Shown here piece by piece: positions 16,833 through 25,578 of a DNA stretch of 64,000 bases. Made by a program: the position numbers and the translations under genes. Where the stretch lies: contig JAEETJ010000002.1 in assembly GCA_016290295.1 (NCBI GenBank), positions 79,583 to 143,582 of the forward strand, in the 5' to 3' direction. Source of the stretch: Bacteroidales bacterium (GTDB lineage Bacteria; Bacteroidota; Bacteroidia; Bacteroidales; WCHB1-69). How positions within the stretch are numbered: the first letter of the stretch is position 1; each line of letters begins with the position of its first letter. The notes below the pieces were generated by a model, which searched no databases, was not told the DNA's origin, and saw nothing but the letters and a program-made list of their open reading frames with translations.

Positions 16833-18281
16833 TTATAATTTCATCTTCTTTTCAATCTCGTCAATGGCGAGTTTGATTTTCTTGTCAGTATCGTACAAAT
16901 TGTTGATAGTTCGGCAGGCGTGCAACACCGTGGCATGGTCTTTGTTTCCGCAGTAAGCACCTATGGTTGAGAGCGGTAGCTTAGTGTATTTCTTGGCGAA
17001 ATACATGCTCAGCTGGCGGGCTTGCACAATTTCACGCTTACGTGTTTTGGCATTGATCATGTCGATGGAGATGTGGAAATGGTCGCAAATCACCTTCTGG
17101 ATGTACTCGATGGAGATTTCCTTGGCGGTGCTTTTGACGTATTTGTCAATCATTTCCTTGGCCAAATCTACAGTGATAGCCTTGCGGTTGAGGGAAGCTT
17201 GTGCCAGAATAGCTATCATGGCGCCTTCCAGCTCTCTGGTGTTTGAGGTGATGCGTAAGGCAAGATAGTCGATAACTTCTTCGGGAAATTCTATGCCGTT
17301 GTTCTCCAGTTTCTTGCGAAGAATGGCGATACGGGTTTCCAAATCCGGTACCTGCAGGTCGGCAGTCAAGCCCCATTTGAATCGGGACAGCAGTCTCGGT
17401 TCGAAACCGGCAATCTCGACGGGTGATTTATCGGCGGTGATAACGATTTGTTTGCCTTTCTGGTGCAGGTGGTTGAAGATATGGAAGAACGCCTCCTGGG
17501 TTTTGCCTTTTCCACCGGCGATGAACTGGATATCATCAATAATCAGTACATCCACAGACTGATAGAAGAAGATGAAGTCTTGGATGTTGCCGTTTTTCAC
17601 GGATTCGATATACTGTTGGAAAAACAGGTCGGAGTTAACATACAACACGGTCTTGTCCGGGTGGTTGACCTTGGTTTGCAGACCAATGGCATGAGCCAGG
17701 TGGGTTTTTCCAAGTCCCACATCGGAATAGATGAACAAGGGGTTGAAGGCGGTGCCTCCAGGATTTTTTGCAATAGCCCAGCCGGCGGAGCGTGCCAGAC
17801 GGTTGCAATCGCCCTCGATGTAGTTGTCGAAATTCAGCGACTCTATCAGGTTGGAGTTGATTTTCTGCTTTTTCAGTCCCGGTGCCACAAAGGGATTCGG
17901 GATGGTCTTGTTGGGGGTGTTATATACGTCGATGGGTGGTTTGACGGCGGGGTTGTTGACAGCAGGACGATAGCTTGAGGGTAGAGTGATGGTTTTGGAC
18001 TGCTCTGCGGCAGCTTGTTTCTCCATCAGTACCTTATATTGAAGTTTGCCTGTAACACCAAGCTCTCTTTTGATAACTTTCTTTAATAAATTGACATAAT
18101 GCTCCTCTAACCATTCGTAGAACAGGTGGCTGGGAAGTTGGATGACAAGTGTCGAGTTCTCAAGAGCTACAGGCACGATAGGAACAAACCACGTCTTAAA
18201 AGCGGTCTCATCAACATTGTCTTTGATGATTGCCAAACAATTTTCCCAAACCGCTTTAAAATCCTTCGTTACAGTGTTCAT
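16833..18281 (-). CDS. dnaA: Chromosomal replication initiator protein DnaA
   Basis: AAA+ core NPLFIYSDVGLGKTHLAHAIG, IIDDIQF, the sensor region, and the C-terminal DNA-binding domain (..REIVQARQLSMYFAKKYT..SLSTIG...DHATVLHA). Confidence 0.95.
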   Translation of the reverse strand: MNTVTKDFKAVWENCLAIIKDNVDETAFKTWFVPIVPVALENSTLVIQLPSHLFYEWLEEHYVNLLKKVIKRELGVTGKLQYKVLMEKQAAAEQSKTITLPSSYRPAVNNPAVKPPIDVYNTPNKTIPNPFVAPGLKKQKINSNLIESLNFDNYIEGDCNRLARSAGWAIAKNPGGTAFNPLFIYSDVGLGKTHLAHAIGLQTKVNHPDKTVLYVNSDLFFQQYIESVKNGNIQDFIFFYQSVDVLIIDDIQFIAGGKGKTQEAFFHIFNHLHQKGKQIVITADKSPVEIAGFEPRLLSRFKWGLTADLQVPDLETRIAILRKKLENNGIEFPEEVIDYLALRITSNTRELEGAMIAILAQASLNRKAITVDLAKEMIDKYVKSTAKEISIEYIQKVICDHFHISIDMINAKTRKREIVQARQLSMYFAKKYTKLPLSTIGAYCGNKDHATVLHACRTINNLYDTDKKIKLAIDEIEKKMKL

Positions 18282-18650
18282 CGATTCTGTGTGTTTTATA
18301 AAAGTTCTACTTTATTGTGTTTGAAGATATTAACACGAATAACATCTTCGATTTTTGATGTTACAAAAATCAACAAAAAAAAGTTAGAAAAAATAAATAT
18401 CCACTCTTGATTTTTAAAAAACTTTGTATATAGAGAATTGCCGTTTTTCGAGGATTTGATTTGCAATTTGTTTTGATTCAGAAGGATAGCTTATTAACAG
18501 TGTTGAATAACTATTTATTATATTGATTATCAGATAGTTGAAATATATTTTATTAACAATTGGCGTATGAATGTGAAATTTCTGTATTTTTGCATTTGAA
18601 ATGCAAATATAAGATTTTAAACTATATTATTAACACTAAAATTTATCACT
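18282..18650. other. Candidate oriC / dnaA upstream region (AT-rich, DnaA-box-like 9-mers)
   Basis: 369-bp AT-rich non-coding stretch next to dnaA. It has ATATCCACT (about 18406; 7/9 match to TTATCCACA) and three identical TTATTAACA 9-mers at 18491, 18551 and 18627. Confidence 0.3.
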
Positions 18651-19112
18651 ATGAAAAAAAGTTTATTTATTATCGCAGCGATTGCATTGGTGTTCTCTTT
18701 CACCTCTTGCAACAAGACCTCCAGCTATGGTGGAAAGTACACAGGTACTTACACTTTCTTTAAACAGAATGGTTCTATTTCCACTCCAGACTCTGTGAAG
18801 AAGGGCAAAACTGTCCCTGTAACTCAATTGACAGATGCAAATGTCCAATTGTATTATATTTTGTCATTGACCAAAGTGGCAGATGGTCGTTATGAAAGTT
18901 CTGAAACACAGTCTGAACTTATTAAGCAGTTGATGCAAGTGGTTGGTATTGGTGAGAATGCAGCTGAAGCAATCACCAATGTGAAAGTTAAAGCAGACTT
19001 TACACAGAAAGATCACTTGACCTATGTGATGACGTATGATGTGCAGCTACTAGGGGTGGCGACGGTTGAAGTGCGAATCTTGCAATTCGACGGAGATAAA
19101 CAAAGTAATTAA
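18651..19112 (+). CDS. Lipoprotein of unknown function
   Basis: Signal peptide plus lipobox MKKSLFIIAAIALVFSFTSC. Confidence 0.6.
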   Translation: MKKSLFIIAAIALVFSFTSCNKTSSYGGKYTGTYTFFKQNGSISTPDSVKKGKTVPVTQLTDANVQLYYILSLTKVADGRYESSETQSELIKQLMQVVGIGENAAEAITNVKVKADFTQKDHLTYVMTYDVQLLGVATVEVRILQFDGDKQSN

Positions 19113-19155
19113 GTTTCCTTTCGTATAAATAATTAATGTTATATATTTTATTGGT

Positions 19156-20973
19156 ATGAAAAAATTCAGTTTACTTATGTTCTGTTTTTTGTTCGTAACC
19201 TTTAGTTTCGGACAGGAAATCGTGACTGCATGGACTTTTGATGGACTTACTGGCACCAACAGTGGGGCATCTGGTACGGAAAAGGTTATCCCAGCCAATA
19301 GTGAATGGGGTGCAGGTACTTTCTATGCTGATGGTACCAACGGTTCTGACAATTTGAGCAATGAAGCTAGTCCTGAAATTAATGCTTTCAACGGTACTAC
19401 GATGAATGATCCTCGTACAACTACGGATGCTTCTAAGGCTATCGCCATTGCAAACAGTTCAGCAAATGGAAAATCAGTTGTCTTCAAATTCTCTATGACT
19501 GGTTTCCAAAACCTGGAACTCTCATACGCACAGCGTGGTACTGCTTCCGGCTTTTCAACAGAGACTTGGTCGTATAGTACTAATGGTACTGACTTTACTG
19601 TTGTGGAAACTATTTCAGGCACAAATCAAACCAACTCTGAATTTGTCATGAGAAATGTGTATTTCACTGCTGCCGCATTGAATGAAGCCTCTGAGGTCTA
19701 TATTAAGCTCACCGTTGATGGTGCCACCAACGCATCGGGTAACAACCGTATCGACAATGTGGTGTTCCGTGCTAATTTGGCAGGTCCGGATGTGTATGCT
19801 CCCCATGTCACAAATGTTGCTGTTACAAGTGCCAATACAGTGGCGGTGTCTTTTAACGAGGATCTTGACAATACTACAGCTGTGGCTTTGGCTAACTATA
19901 GCTTTGACAACGGTTGCACCACTTCCAATGCATCAGTTAACGGTAATGTGGTGAATGTTACAGTTACTCCCGATTTCGCCAACGGCGTCGCTTTCAACAT
20001 GTTTATTCAGAATGTGGCCGATGTGGCAGGCAATGTAATGACTCCTGACACTTTTGCTTTAATGTATGGTATTCCCACTGAGTTTATGTGCGCTGACATT
20101 GCTACGCTGAGAAGCAAATTGGACTTTACCAGTTATAGCGTCAATGTGCAAGACACCGTGGAATATAAACTAACAGGCAGCGTGATTGTGACTGCTACTG
20201 CTGTATACAATAATCAGAAAGTTCTGCAAGACGAGACCGGCGCTATTTTGGTATATGACCAGAGTAATGTGTTGGGAAGCCTTGAGGTTGGTGATGAAAT
20301 TAGCGGTATTTATTGCAAGTTGACCAACTATTTCGGATTCTTGGAACTGGTTCCCACTCGTCCCTACGAGCAATTTGTGGATTATTACCAAGATGTTACT
20401 CCGATGGTCATCACCTTGTCACAACTGAATGACAATTCCTATATGATTGAGCATCAGGCTGAACTGATTGAGTTGGACAATGTAACAATTACTTCAACTG
20501 GTAATTTTGCTAAGTTGAACCGCTACGATTTATCACAGAATGGTGTAACTGCTCCAGCTTTATATCCTTATTTCCAGGATGTTGATTACTTGACACTTCC
20601 GATTCCTACAGGTGTTGAACAGAATATTACGGGTGTCAACTTTGCCACTACCAAGATTGGCAGCAGTAACTTCGATTTCAGATACTACATTGTTCCTCGT
20701 TCCATCACTGATATGACTGGTATGACTGGTGTTCAGGATTATGGCAAAATGAGCATTTCTGTTTATCCGAACCCGACAACCGCTTTTGTCACCGTAAATG
20801 ACGTCGAGGCTACAGATGTGGAAATCTATGATATCAATGGCAAGAAGGTCGCTTCTCAGAGCATGCAGAACACCAATATGGTTTCTCTGCAAAGCATGAG
20901 CGCTGGCAGCTACTTCTTCCGTCTGCTGAAAGATGGTGAACTGGTTGGCACTGCCAAGGTTATCAAGAGATAA
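19156..20973 (+). CDS. Secreted protein with Ig-like (SbsA/Big_5-like) domain and T9SS C-terminal sorting domain
   Basis: N-terminal signal peptide. The C-terminus ..ISVYPNPTTAFVTVN...VEIYDINGKKV....LSAGSYFFRL....GTAKVIKR is the type A Por secretion tail. Confidence 0.75.
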   Translation: MKKFSLLMFCFLFVTFSFGQEIVTAWTFDGLTGTNSGASGTEKVIPANSEWGAGTFYADGTNGSDNLSNEASPEINAFNGTTMNDPRTTTDASKAIAIANSSANGKSVVFKFSMTGFQNLELSYAQRGTASGFSTETWSYSTNGTDFTVVETISGTNQTNSEFVMRNVYFTAAALNEASEVYIKLTVDGATNASGNNRIDNVVFRANLAGPDVYAPHVTNVAVTSANTVAVSFNEDLDNTTAVALANYSFDNGCTTSNASVNGNVVNVTVTPDFANGVAFNMFIQNVADVAGNVMTPDTFALMYGIPTEFMCADIATLRSKLDFTSYSVNVQDTVEYKLTGSVIVTATAVYNNQKVLQDETGAILVYDQSNVLGSLEVGDEISGIYCKLTNYFGFLELVPTRPYEQFVDYYQDVTPMVITLSQLNDNSYMIEHQAELIELDNVTITSTGNFAKLNRYDLSQNGVTAPALYPYFQDVDYLTLPIPTGVEQNITGVNFATTKIGSSNFDFRYYIVPRSITDMTGMTGVQDYGKMSISVYPNPTTAFVTVNDVEATDVEIYDINGKKVASQSMQNTNMVSLQSMSAGSYFFRLLKDGELVGTAKVIKR

Positions 20974-20991
20974 TTTCCATATTTTTACAAT

Positions 20992-21028
20992 AAAAAAACG
21001 GGGTGGCTTTGCAACCCCGTTTTTTTTT
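20992..21028 (+). terminator. Rho-independent terminator
   Basis: AAAAAAACGGGGT-GGCTTTGCA-ACCCCGT-TTTTTTTT. A TAccTTTG box for the next gene lies at 21030-21037. Confidence 0.75.
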
Positions 21029-21054
21029 GTACCTTTGCCAAAATTTTCAGGACT

Positions 21055-21768
21055 ATGAATAGATTAAAATCATTACCGTTTTTATTGTGCTGTATCGCCG
21101 TTATAATGCTGGTTTCCTGCCGTCCTGCGGTAAAGAATCCTCATTCGGTGACCATGGGTGATGTGACCATTCAGAACGGAGACCTGCTGTTTGTGGGCTT
21201 GCCCTTGGATTATCATATAGTGGATACTGCCAGTATGGATGAGGCCATTACTGCGGCAACAGGACAGGAAAATGCTGTGAATTACATTCATGTGGCTATT
21301 TTGGAGGTGGATGAAAACGATAGCCTGTGGATTATTGACGCTACTATCAAACATGGTGTTGACCGTTATCCTTTCAGCGTTTTTGTCAGTGACTTTACTT
21401 TGAATGATGGAAGTAGTCCAGAAATGGTGGTGATGCGCCTGCAGGATAATGCAAATGTGAAAAAGTATGTGGAAAATGCCAAAACATACTGTGGACGGGA
21501 ATATGATATGCACTTCCTGCCTGATAACGAGGCCCAATATTGCAGTGAGTTGGTGCGTAATAGCTATACTACCAGCACCGGTGAGTACATCTTCAGCGAG
21601 TCACCGATGAATTTCAAGTCTGCCGATGGCACCTTCCCTCCGTATTGGGTAGAGTTGTTTGATTTGCTGGGAGAACCTATCCCACAAGGAGTTATGGGAA
21701 CTAACCCGAATGATATGTCACAGGAACAGTGCCTGAAACGGGTGGGAGAGATGAGAGTTGATAATTGA
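21055..21768 (+). CDS. YiiX-family permuted papain-like (NlpC/P60 clan, C92) enzyme
   Basis: GDLLFVG..., ..YIHVAILEV...IIDAT..GV.., REYDMHF.PDNEAQYCSELV match the YiiX/DUF830 order of motifs. Signal peptide present. Confidence 0.7.
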   Translation: MNRLKSLPFLLCCIAVIMLVSCRPAVKNPHSVTMGDVTIQNGDLLFVGLPLDYHIVDTASMDEAITAATGQENAVNYIHVAILEVDENDSLWIIDATIKHGVDRYPFSVFVSDFTLNDGSSPEMVVMRLQDNANVKKYVENAKTYCGREYDMHFLPDNEAQYCSELVRNSYTTSTGEYIFSESPMNFKSADGTFPPYWVELFDLLGEPIPQGVMGTNPNDMSQEQCLKRVGEMRVDN

Positions 21769-21865
21769 CAGTTGACAATTAACAATTAACAATGAATAAT
21801 GAATTGTGAGTGATTAGCGGAAAACAACTATTAACTATTAATTATTAACTATTAATTATAAGGGT
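21769..21865. repeat. Heptad word array (TTGACAA / TTAACAA / TTAATTA words) starting directly at the stop codon
   Basis: TGA-cagttgacaattaacaattaacaatgaataatgaatt...ctattaactattaattattaactattaatta. Confidence 0.85.
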
Positions 21866-22339
21866 ATGGATTTTGGTAAAATATTGAAATATAGTGTTTT
21901 GGTTCTTCTTTTCATGGCAGTGGTGCCGTTGAAAGCTCAGGTCAACAAAGGAGATCGTTTGGTGGGTACTTATCGTGTGGTGGAGCCGGAAACCAAAGAG
22001 GATTCCAAAGTGAAGATTTTCAAGACTGCCGATGGCAAGTACAAGGGACAAGTGATCTGGTTGGCGGTGCCTACCATGAAGGATGGCACTCCCAAACGTG
22101 ATATCTTGAATCCTGACCCCAAAAAACGCAACACCCCTGGTGACCAAATCGTGTTGCTCTGGGGCTTTACCTACGATGCCGACAAGGATATGTGGGTGAA
22201 TGGGGAAATCTATGATCCCTGCCACGGCAAAACCTATAAATGCAGGCTTAATTTCGAGAGCGACACGAAGCTGAAGGTACGGGGTTACATCGGTGCTCCC
22301 GCCTTCGGAAAGAGCATGTACTGGTACAAAATTGATTGA
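21866..22339 (+). CDS. DUF2147 domain protein (secreted)
   Basis: ..KVKIFKTADGKYKGQVIWL....D..NPDP..R..P..G..ilw.......W.NGEIYDPCHGKTYKCRL......LKVRGYIG...FGKSMYW is the DUF2147 consensus. Confidence 0.75.
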   Translation: MDFGKILKYSVLVLLFMAVVPLKAQVNKGDRLVGTYRVVEPETKEDSKVKIFKTADGKYKGQVIWLAVPTMKDGTPKRDILNPDPKKRNTPGDQIVLLWGFTYDADKDMWVNGEIYDPCHGKTYKCRLNFESDTKLKVRGYIGAPAFGKSMYWYKID

Positions 22340-22357
22340 TTAACTAAGAACTAAAAA

Positions 22358-22395
22358 TTAAGAACTAAGAATTATATTTCATTCTTAGTTCTTAA
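22358..22395. terminator. 15-bp perfect hairpin built from TTAAGAAC words, between convergent genes
   Basis: TTAAGAACTAAGAAT (22358-22372), loop tatatttc, ATTCTTAGTTCTTAA (22381-22395). Confidence 0.5.
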
Positions 22396-22446
22396 CTCTT
22401 AATTCTTAATTTAATTAGCACATTTGCTAATTAACTAATTTGCTCA

Positions 22447-23895
22447 TTATTTTAAGATCTTCATGAATTCCACGGTAAGATCCCAGCACATCTTCACAGT
22501 CTTGATTTCCAGCTTTTCATCTGGAGAGTGAACACCGCGAAGGGTGGGGCCGTAGGACACCATGTCCAAACCGGGATATTTCTCGGAGAAGAGTCCGCAT
22601 TCCAATCCAGCATGAATGGCCAATACCTGTGGCTCTTTCTTGAACAGGTTTTTGTAAGCCTGTACCAGTACTTCAAGCACTTTGGAGTCCGGGTTGGGAG
22701 TCCAGCCGGGATAGCCGTCGCTGCTGGTTACATCGTTGGCACCGGTGCCGCAGAAAGTGGCAGTCACCATATCTACCGCATCCTGCTTCTTGGATTCCAC
22801 AGAGCTGCGCTGGCTGGTGGTGACAATGATTTTCTCGCCTTCAATCTTCACAGAGGCTAAGTTGGTGGAGGTCTCTACGAAGTCTTTAATATTCTGTGAC
22901 ATGGCTAGAACTCCGTGAGGACAAGCATAGAGGCAGTTCATCAAATCCACCTGCAAGAGTTCATCCAATACTTTCTTGGGCATTTTGGCGCTTTCAAAGC
23001 AAACTTCCACATCAGGGTCTGTAACGAGATATTCATTCTTGTATGCCTCGTTCATGGTCTTGAGGTATTGCTCGAAATCCTTGGCGTAGGTTTTGGGAAT
23101 TACCACGAGGGCATAGCCTTCACGGGCGATAGCGTTGCGCAAGTTGCCAGCCTTGATGTCGGCAATGCGAAGGCCGTATTCCTGATAGCCATTCCAGAGG
23201 AGGCGGTTGAGCAATTTTACAGCATTACCACGGCCTTTGTTGATGTCATCACCAGAGTGACCGCCCTGCAAACCTTTGACAGTCACAGTGTATGCTACGC
23301 TGTTGTTTTCGATTTCGCTGTCCCACTCGCAGTCGAAAGTGGCCACGGTGTCTTTGCCGCCGGCACAGCCAATAAAGAACTGGCCTTCATCCTCGGAGTC
23401 GAGATTGAGCAGCATTTTGCCTTTCATGAAACCAGGTTCAAGTGCGAAAGCACCAGTCAAACCAGTTTCCTCATCTACAGTGAAGAGGCATTCAACGGGA
23501 CCATGTTCCAGGTCTTTGGAGGCTAAAATAGCTAAGGCCATAGCCATACCAATACCGTCGTCTGCACCAAGAGTGGTACCTTTGGCCTTCATCCATTCGC
23601 CATCCACATACGATTGAATAGCGTCTTTCTCGAAGTCAAATTTGGTGTCATTATTCTTTTCACACACCATGTCCATGTGAGCCTGGAAAATGATGGGCGT
23701 AACATTTTCTTTGCCGGGAGTGGCGGGCTTGCTGATTAATACATTGCCGATTTTGTCACGTTTGGTCTCCAAACCTAATTTCTTGCCGGTTTCAACCAAC
23801 CATGCTGATATTTTCTCCTCTTTTTTGGAGGGACGGGGAACTTTGCATATTTCGTCAAAGAAGTCAAAAACGATTTTCGGTTCTAAGTTTGCCAT
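22447..23895 (-). CDS. pepD: Aminoacyl-histidine (Xaa-His) dipeptidase PepD, M20 family
   Basis: FFDEICKVPRPSKKE..., QAHMDMV, GADDGIG, VDEETGLTGA, LNLDSEDEG are PepD/M20C motifs. 482 aa. Confidence 0.9.
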   Translation of the reverse strand: MANLEPKIVFDFFDEICKVPRPSKKEEKISAWLVETGKKLGLETKRDKIGNVLISKPATPGKENVTPIIFQAHMDMVCEKNNDTKFDFEKDAIQSYVDGEWMKAKGTTLGADDGIGMAMALAILASKDLEHGPVECLFTVDEETGLTGAFALEPGFMKGKMLLNLDSEDEGQFFIGCAGGKDTVATFDCEWDSEIENNSVAYTVTVKGLQGGHSGDDINKGRGNAVKLLNRLLWNGYQEYGLRIADIKAGNLRNAIAREGYALVVIPKTYAKDFEQYLKTMNEAYKNEYLVTDPDVEVCFESAKMPKKVLDELLQVDLMNCLYACPHGVLAMSQNIKDFVETSTNLASVKIEGEKIIVTTSQRSSVESKKQDAVDMVTATFCGTGANDVTSSDGYPGWTPNPDSKVLEVLVQAYKNLFKKEPQVLAIHAGLECGLFSEKYPGLDMVSYGPTLRGVHSPDEKLEIKTVKMCWDLTVEFMKILK

Positions 23896-23956
23896 ATTTT
23901 TGTTTTAAGTAATTATTTGATATTGAGTTAATTGAATGTTTTATTTGAAAGTCAAA

Positions 23957-24697
23957 TTATTTCACATAATAAGTCAGTCGCATATTGATGCTGGCTCTTT
24001 TTTGTTTAGAGCTGGTATTGAAGGTGCCACCCCAAGAATAATCTTCGTTAGAGGAGTTGGGAGCGGTAATCTGGAACACACCCATATTGGCGGTTTTGAG
24101 GCCACCGAGGCTTGCACCAGCATTTTTGGCAATGGTTTCGGCACGGTTGCGTGCGTCTTTGGTGGCGTTGGCTAACATCTCAATCTTCAGATCAGCCAGT
24201 TTTGTATAGTAATAAGAAACATCATTGGTGCCGATTTGAATGCCCTGATCCAACAAATCGCTTGCCTCACGTGAGATTTTCTCAATTTTCTCAACGTCGG
24301 TGGATTCAACACGGATGCTCTGGGTCAAAACATAACCTTTGAACACTTCAAAGCTACGGCGTGCCGTCTCATTCCATTCCCAATCATTGTCAGCATAATG
24401 GGTTACAGCATTGAAAATCATTTCTTTTTCATCAATACCTTTGCTTTTCAGGTATTCTTTCACCACATTATTTTGGTCTTTGATAACGCTATAAGCGTCT
24501 TTCATGTTCATATTGCGGACAGAGTAGCTTAAATCCCAGACAATCAAGTCGGATTCGAAGTCTTGTTCTGCTAAACCAATGACTGACATGGTTTTGGCAG
24601 GACCTTTGGTTTTGTAGAAATAATGACCAGCCAACCATACGGCTGCAACGGTTGCAATACATGCAATGATTCCGATGATAATTCCTGTTTTTTTCAT
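23957..24697 (-). CDS. SIMPL-domain (DUF541) protein, membrane-anchored
   Basis: N-terminal TM, about 245 aa, with the pattern ..VIGLAE..F..D...W.LS......M..AY........V..YL...GI... typical of SIMPL family proteins. Recognition is moderate. Confidence 0.5.
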   Translation of the reverse strand: MKKTGIIIGIIACIATVAAVWLAGHYFYKTKGPAKTMSVIGLAEQDFESDLIVWDLSYSVRNMNMKDAYSVIKDQNNVVKEYLKSKGIDEKEMIFNAVTHYADNDWEWNETARRSFEVFKGYVLTQSIRVESTDVEKIEKISREASDLLDQGIQIGTNDVSYYYTKLADLKIEMLANATKDARNRAETIAKNAGASLGGLKTANMGVFQITAPNSSNEDYSWGGTFNTSSKQKRASINMRLTYYVK

Positions 24698-24704
24698 AGC
24701 TTTT

Positions 24705-25487
24705 TTATTTTAAGTTTTTGATTGATATTGTTTTACCGTTTGAAAGTATAAGCTTATTTTGACACACAAGTACCTGTTGGGTCTCTTCTGGTAGGTCTAT
24801 CAAAGTATTAGCTTCTAAATTCAAGTGATTGTAACTATTTAACTGATTGTTTTTTACATAGAAAATCATATCCTTGAGGATTTGCACGGGATGCTCGGAC
24901 AGTATTGCGATATTTTTGTCGTAAGTACCGAAACTGTCAAAAAAATAAATGCCGTTTTGATTATCCTGCATATAGATCTTCTTCTCATTTACATCTTTCA
25001 GTATAACGGGGTAGAACTCATTAAAATTGTAATGGATGCGTTCTTTTTCGTTAAAATAAAAATCCAGGATAATTAGATCAGTATTGGCTTCGTCGTACAG
25101 GATGATATTGTTCTTGGTGGAATAGGTGGCTAAACTAATGGTAGTCAGTCCTTTGGAAAACAAGTCGATGGGATTGCCGATAGGGGATAGTTTGTCATCC
25201 AGAAAAACAATGCTGCCTGCATCGCGGTAGAAAAGCATGATTTTCAGCGGATTATCCACATCAATGGAAGCGATATGGCCATCCATGGAATTATTAGAGG
25301 TGTAGAGCAGTGTTCCGTCGGGAGCGTATTTATACAGGGTGACATCATTAACAGCATAGATATAGCCCTGCGGGTCAACAGCGATGATTTGGGCAGGCTG
25401 CTCAATGACCATCGCATCACTGGTTTGTGCGAACATATTGCAAGTGTATGCAAACAGCAGTGTTACGATGATGACCAAGTGTTTCAT
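24705..25487 (-). CDS. Secreted hypothetical protein
   Basis: Signal peptide MKHLVIIVTLLFAYTCNMFAQ. It ends 7 nt upstream of the next gene on the same strand. Confidence 0.55.
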   Translation of the reverse strand: MKHLVIIVTLLFAYTCNMFAQTSDAMVIEQPAQIIAVDPQGYIYAVNDVTLYKYAPDGTLLYTSNNSMDGHIASIDVDNPLKIMLFYRDAGSIVFLDDKLSPIGNPIDLFSKGLTTISLATYSTKNNIILYDEANTDLIILDFYFNEKERIHYNFNEFYPVILKDVNEKKIYMQDNQNGIYFFDSFGTYDKNIAILSEHPVQILKDMIFYVKNNQLNSYNHLNLEANTLIDLPEETQQVLVCQNKLILSNGKTISIKNLK

Positions 25488-25578
25488 ATCTGTTTATATT
25501 GTCCGATGTCATTAAACATCTTGCAAAGGTACATATTTTTCCTATATAACGCACAGATATGTGTGAAATTATTTCTTT

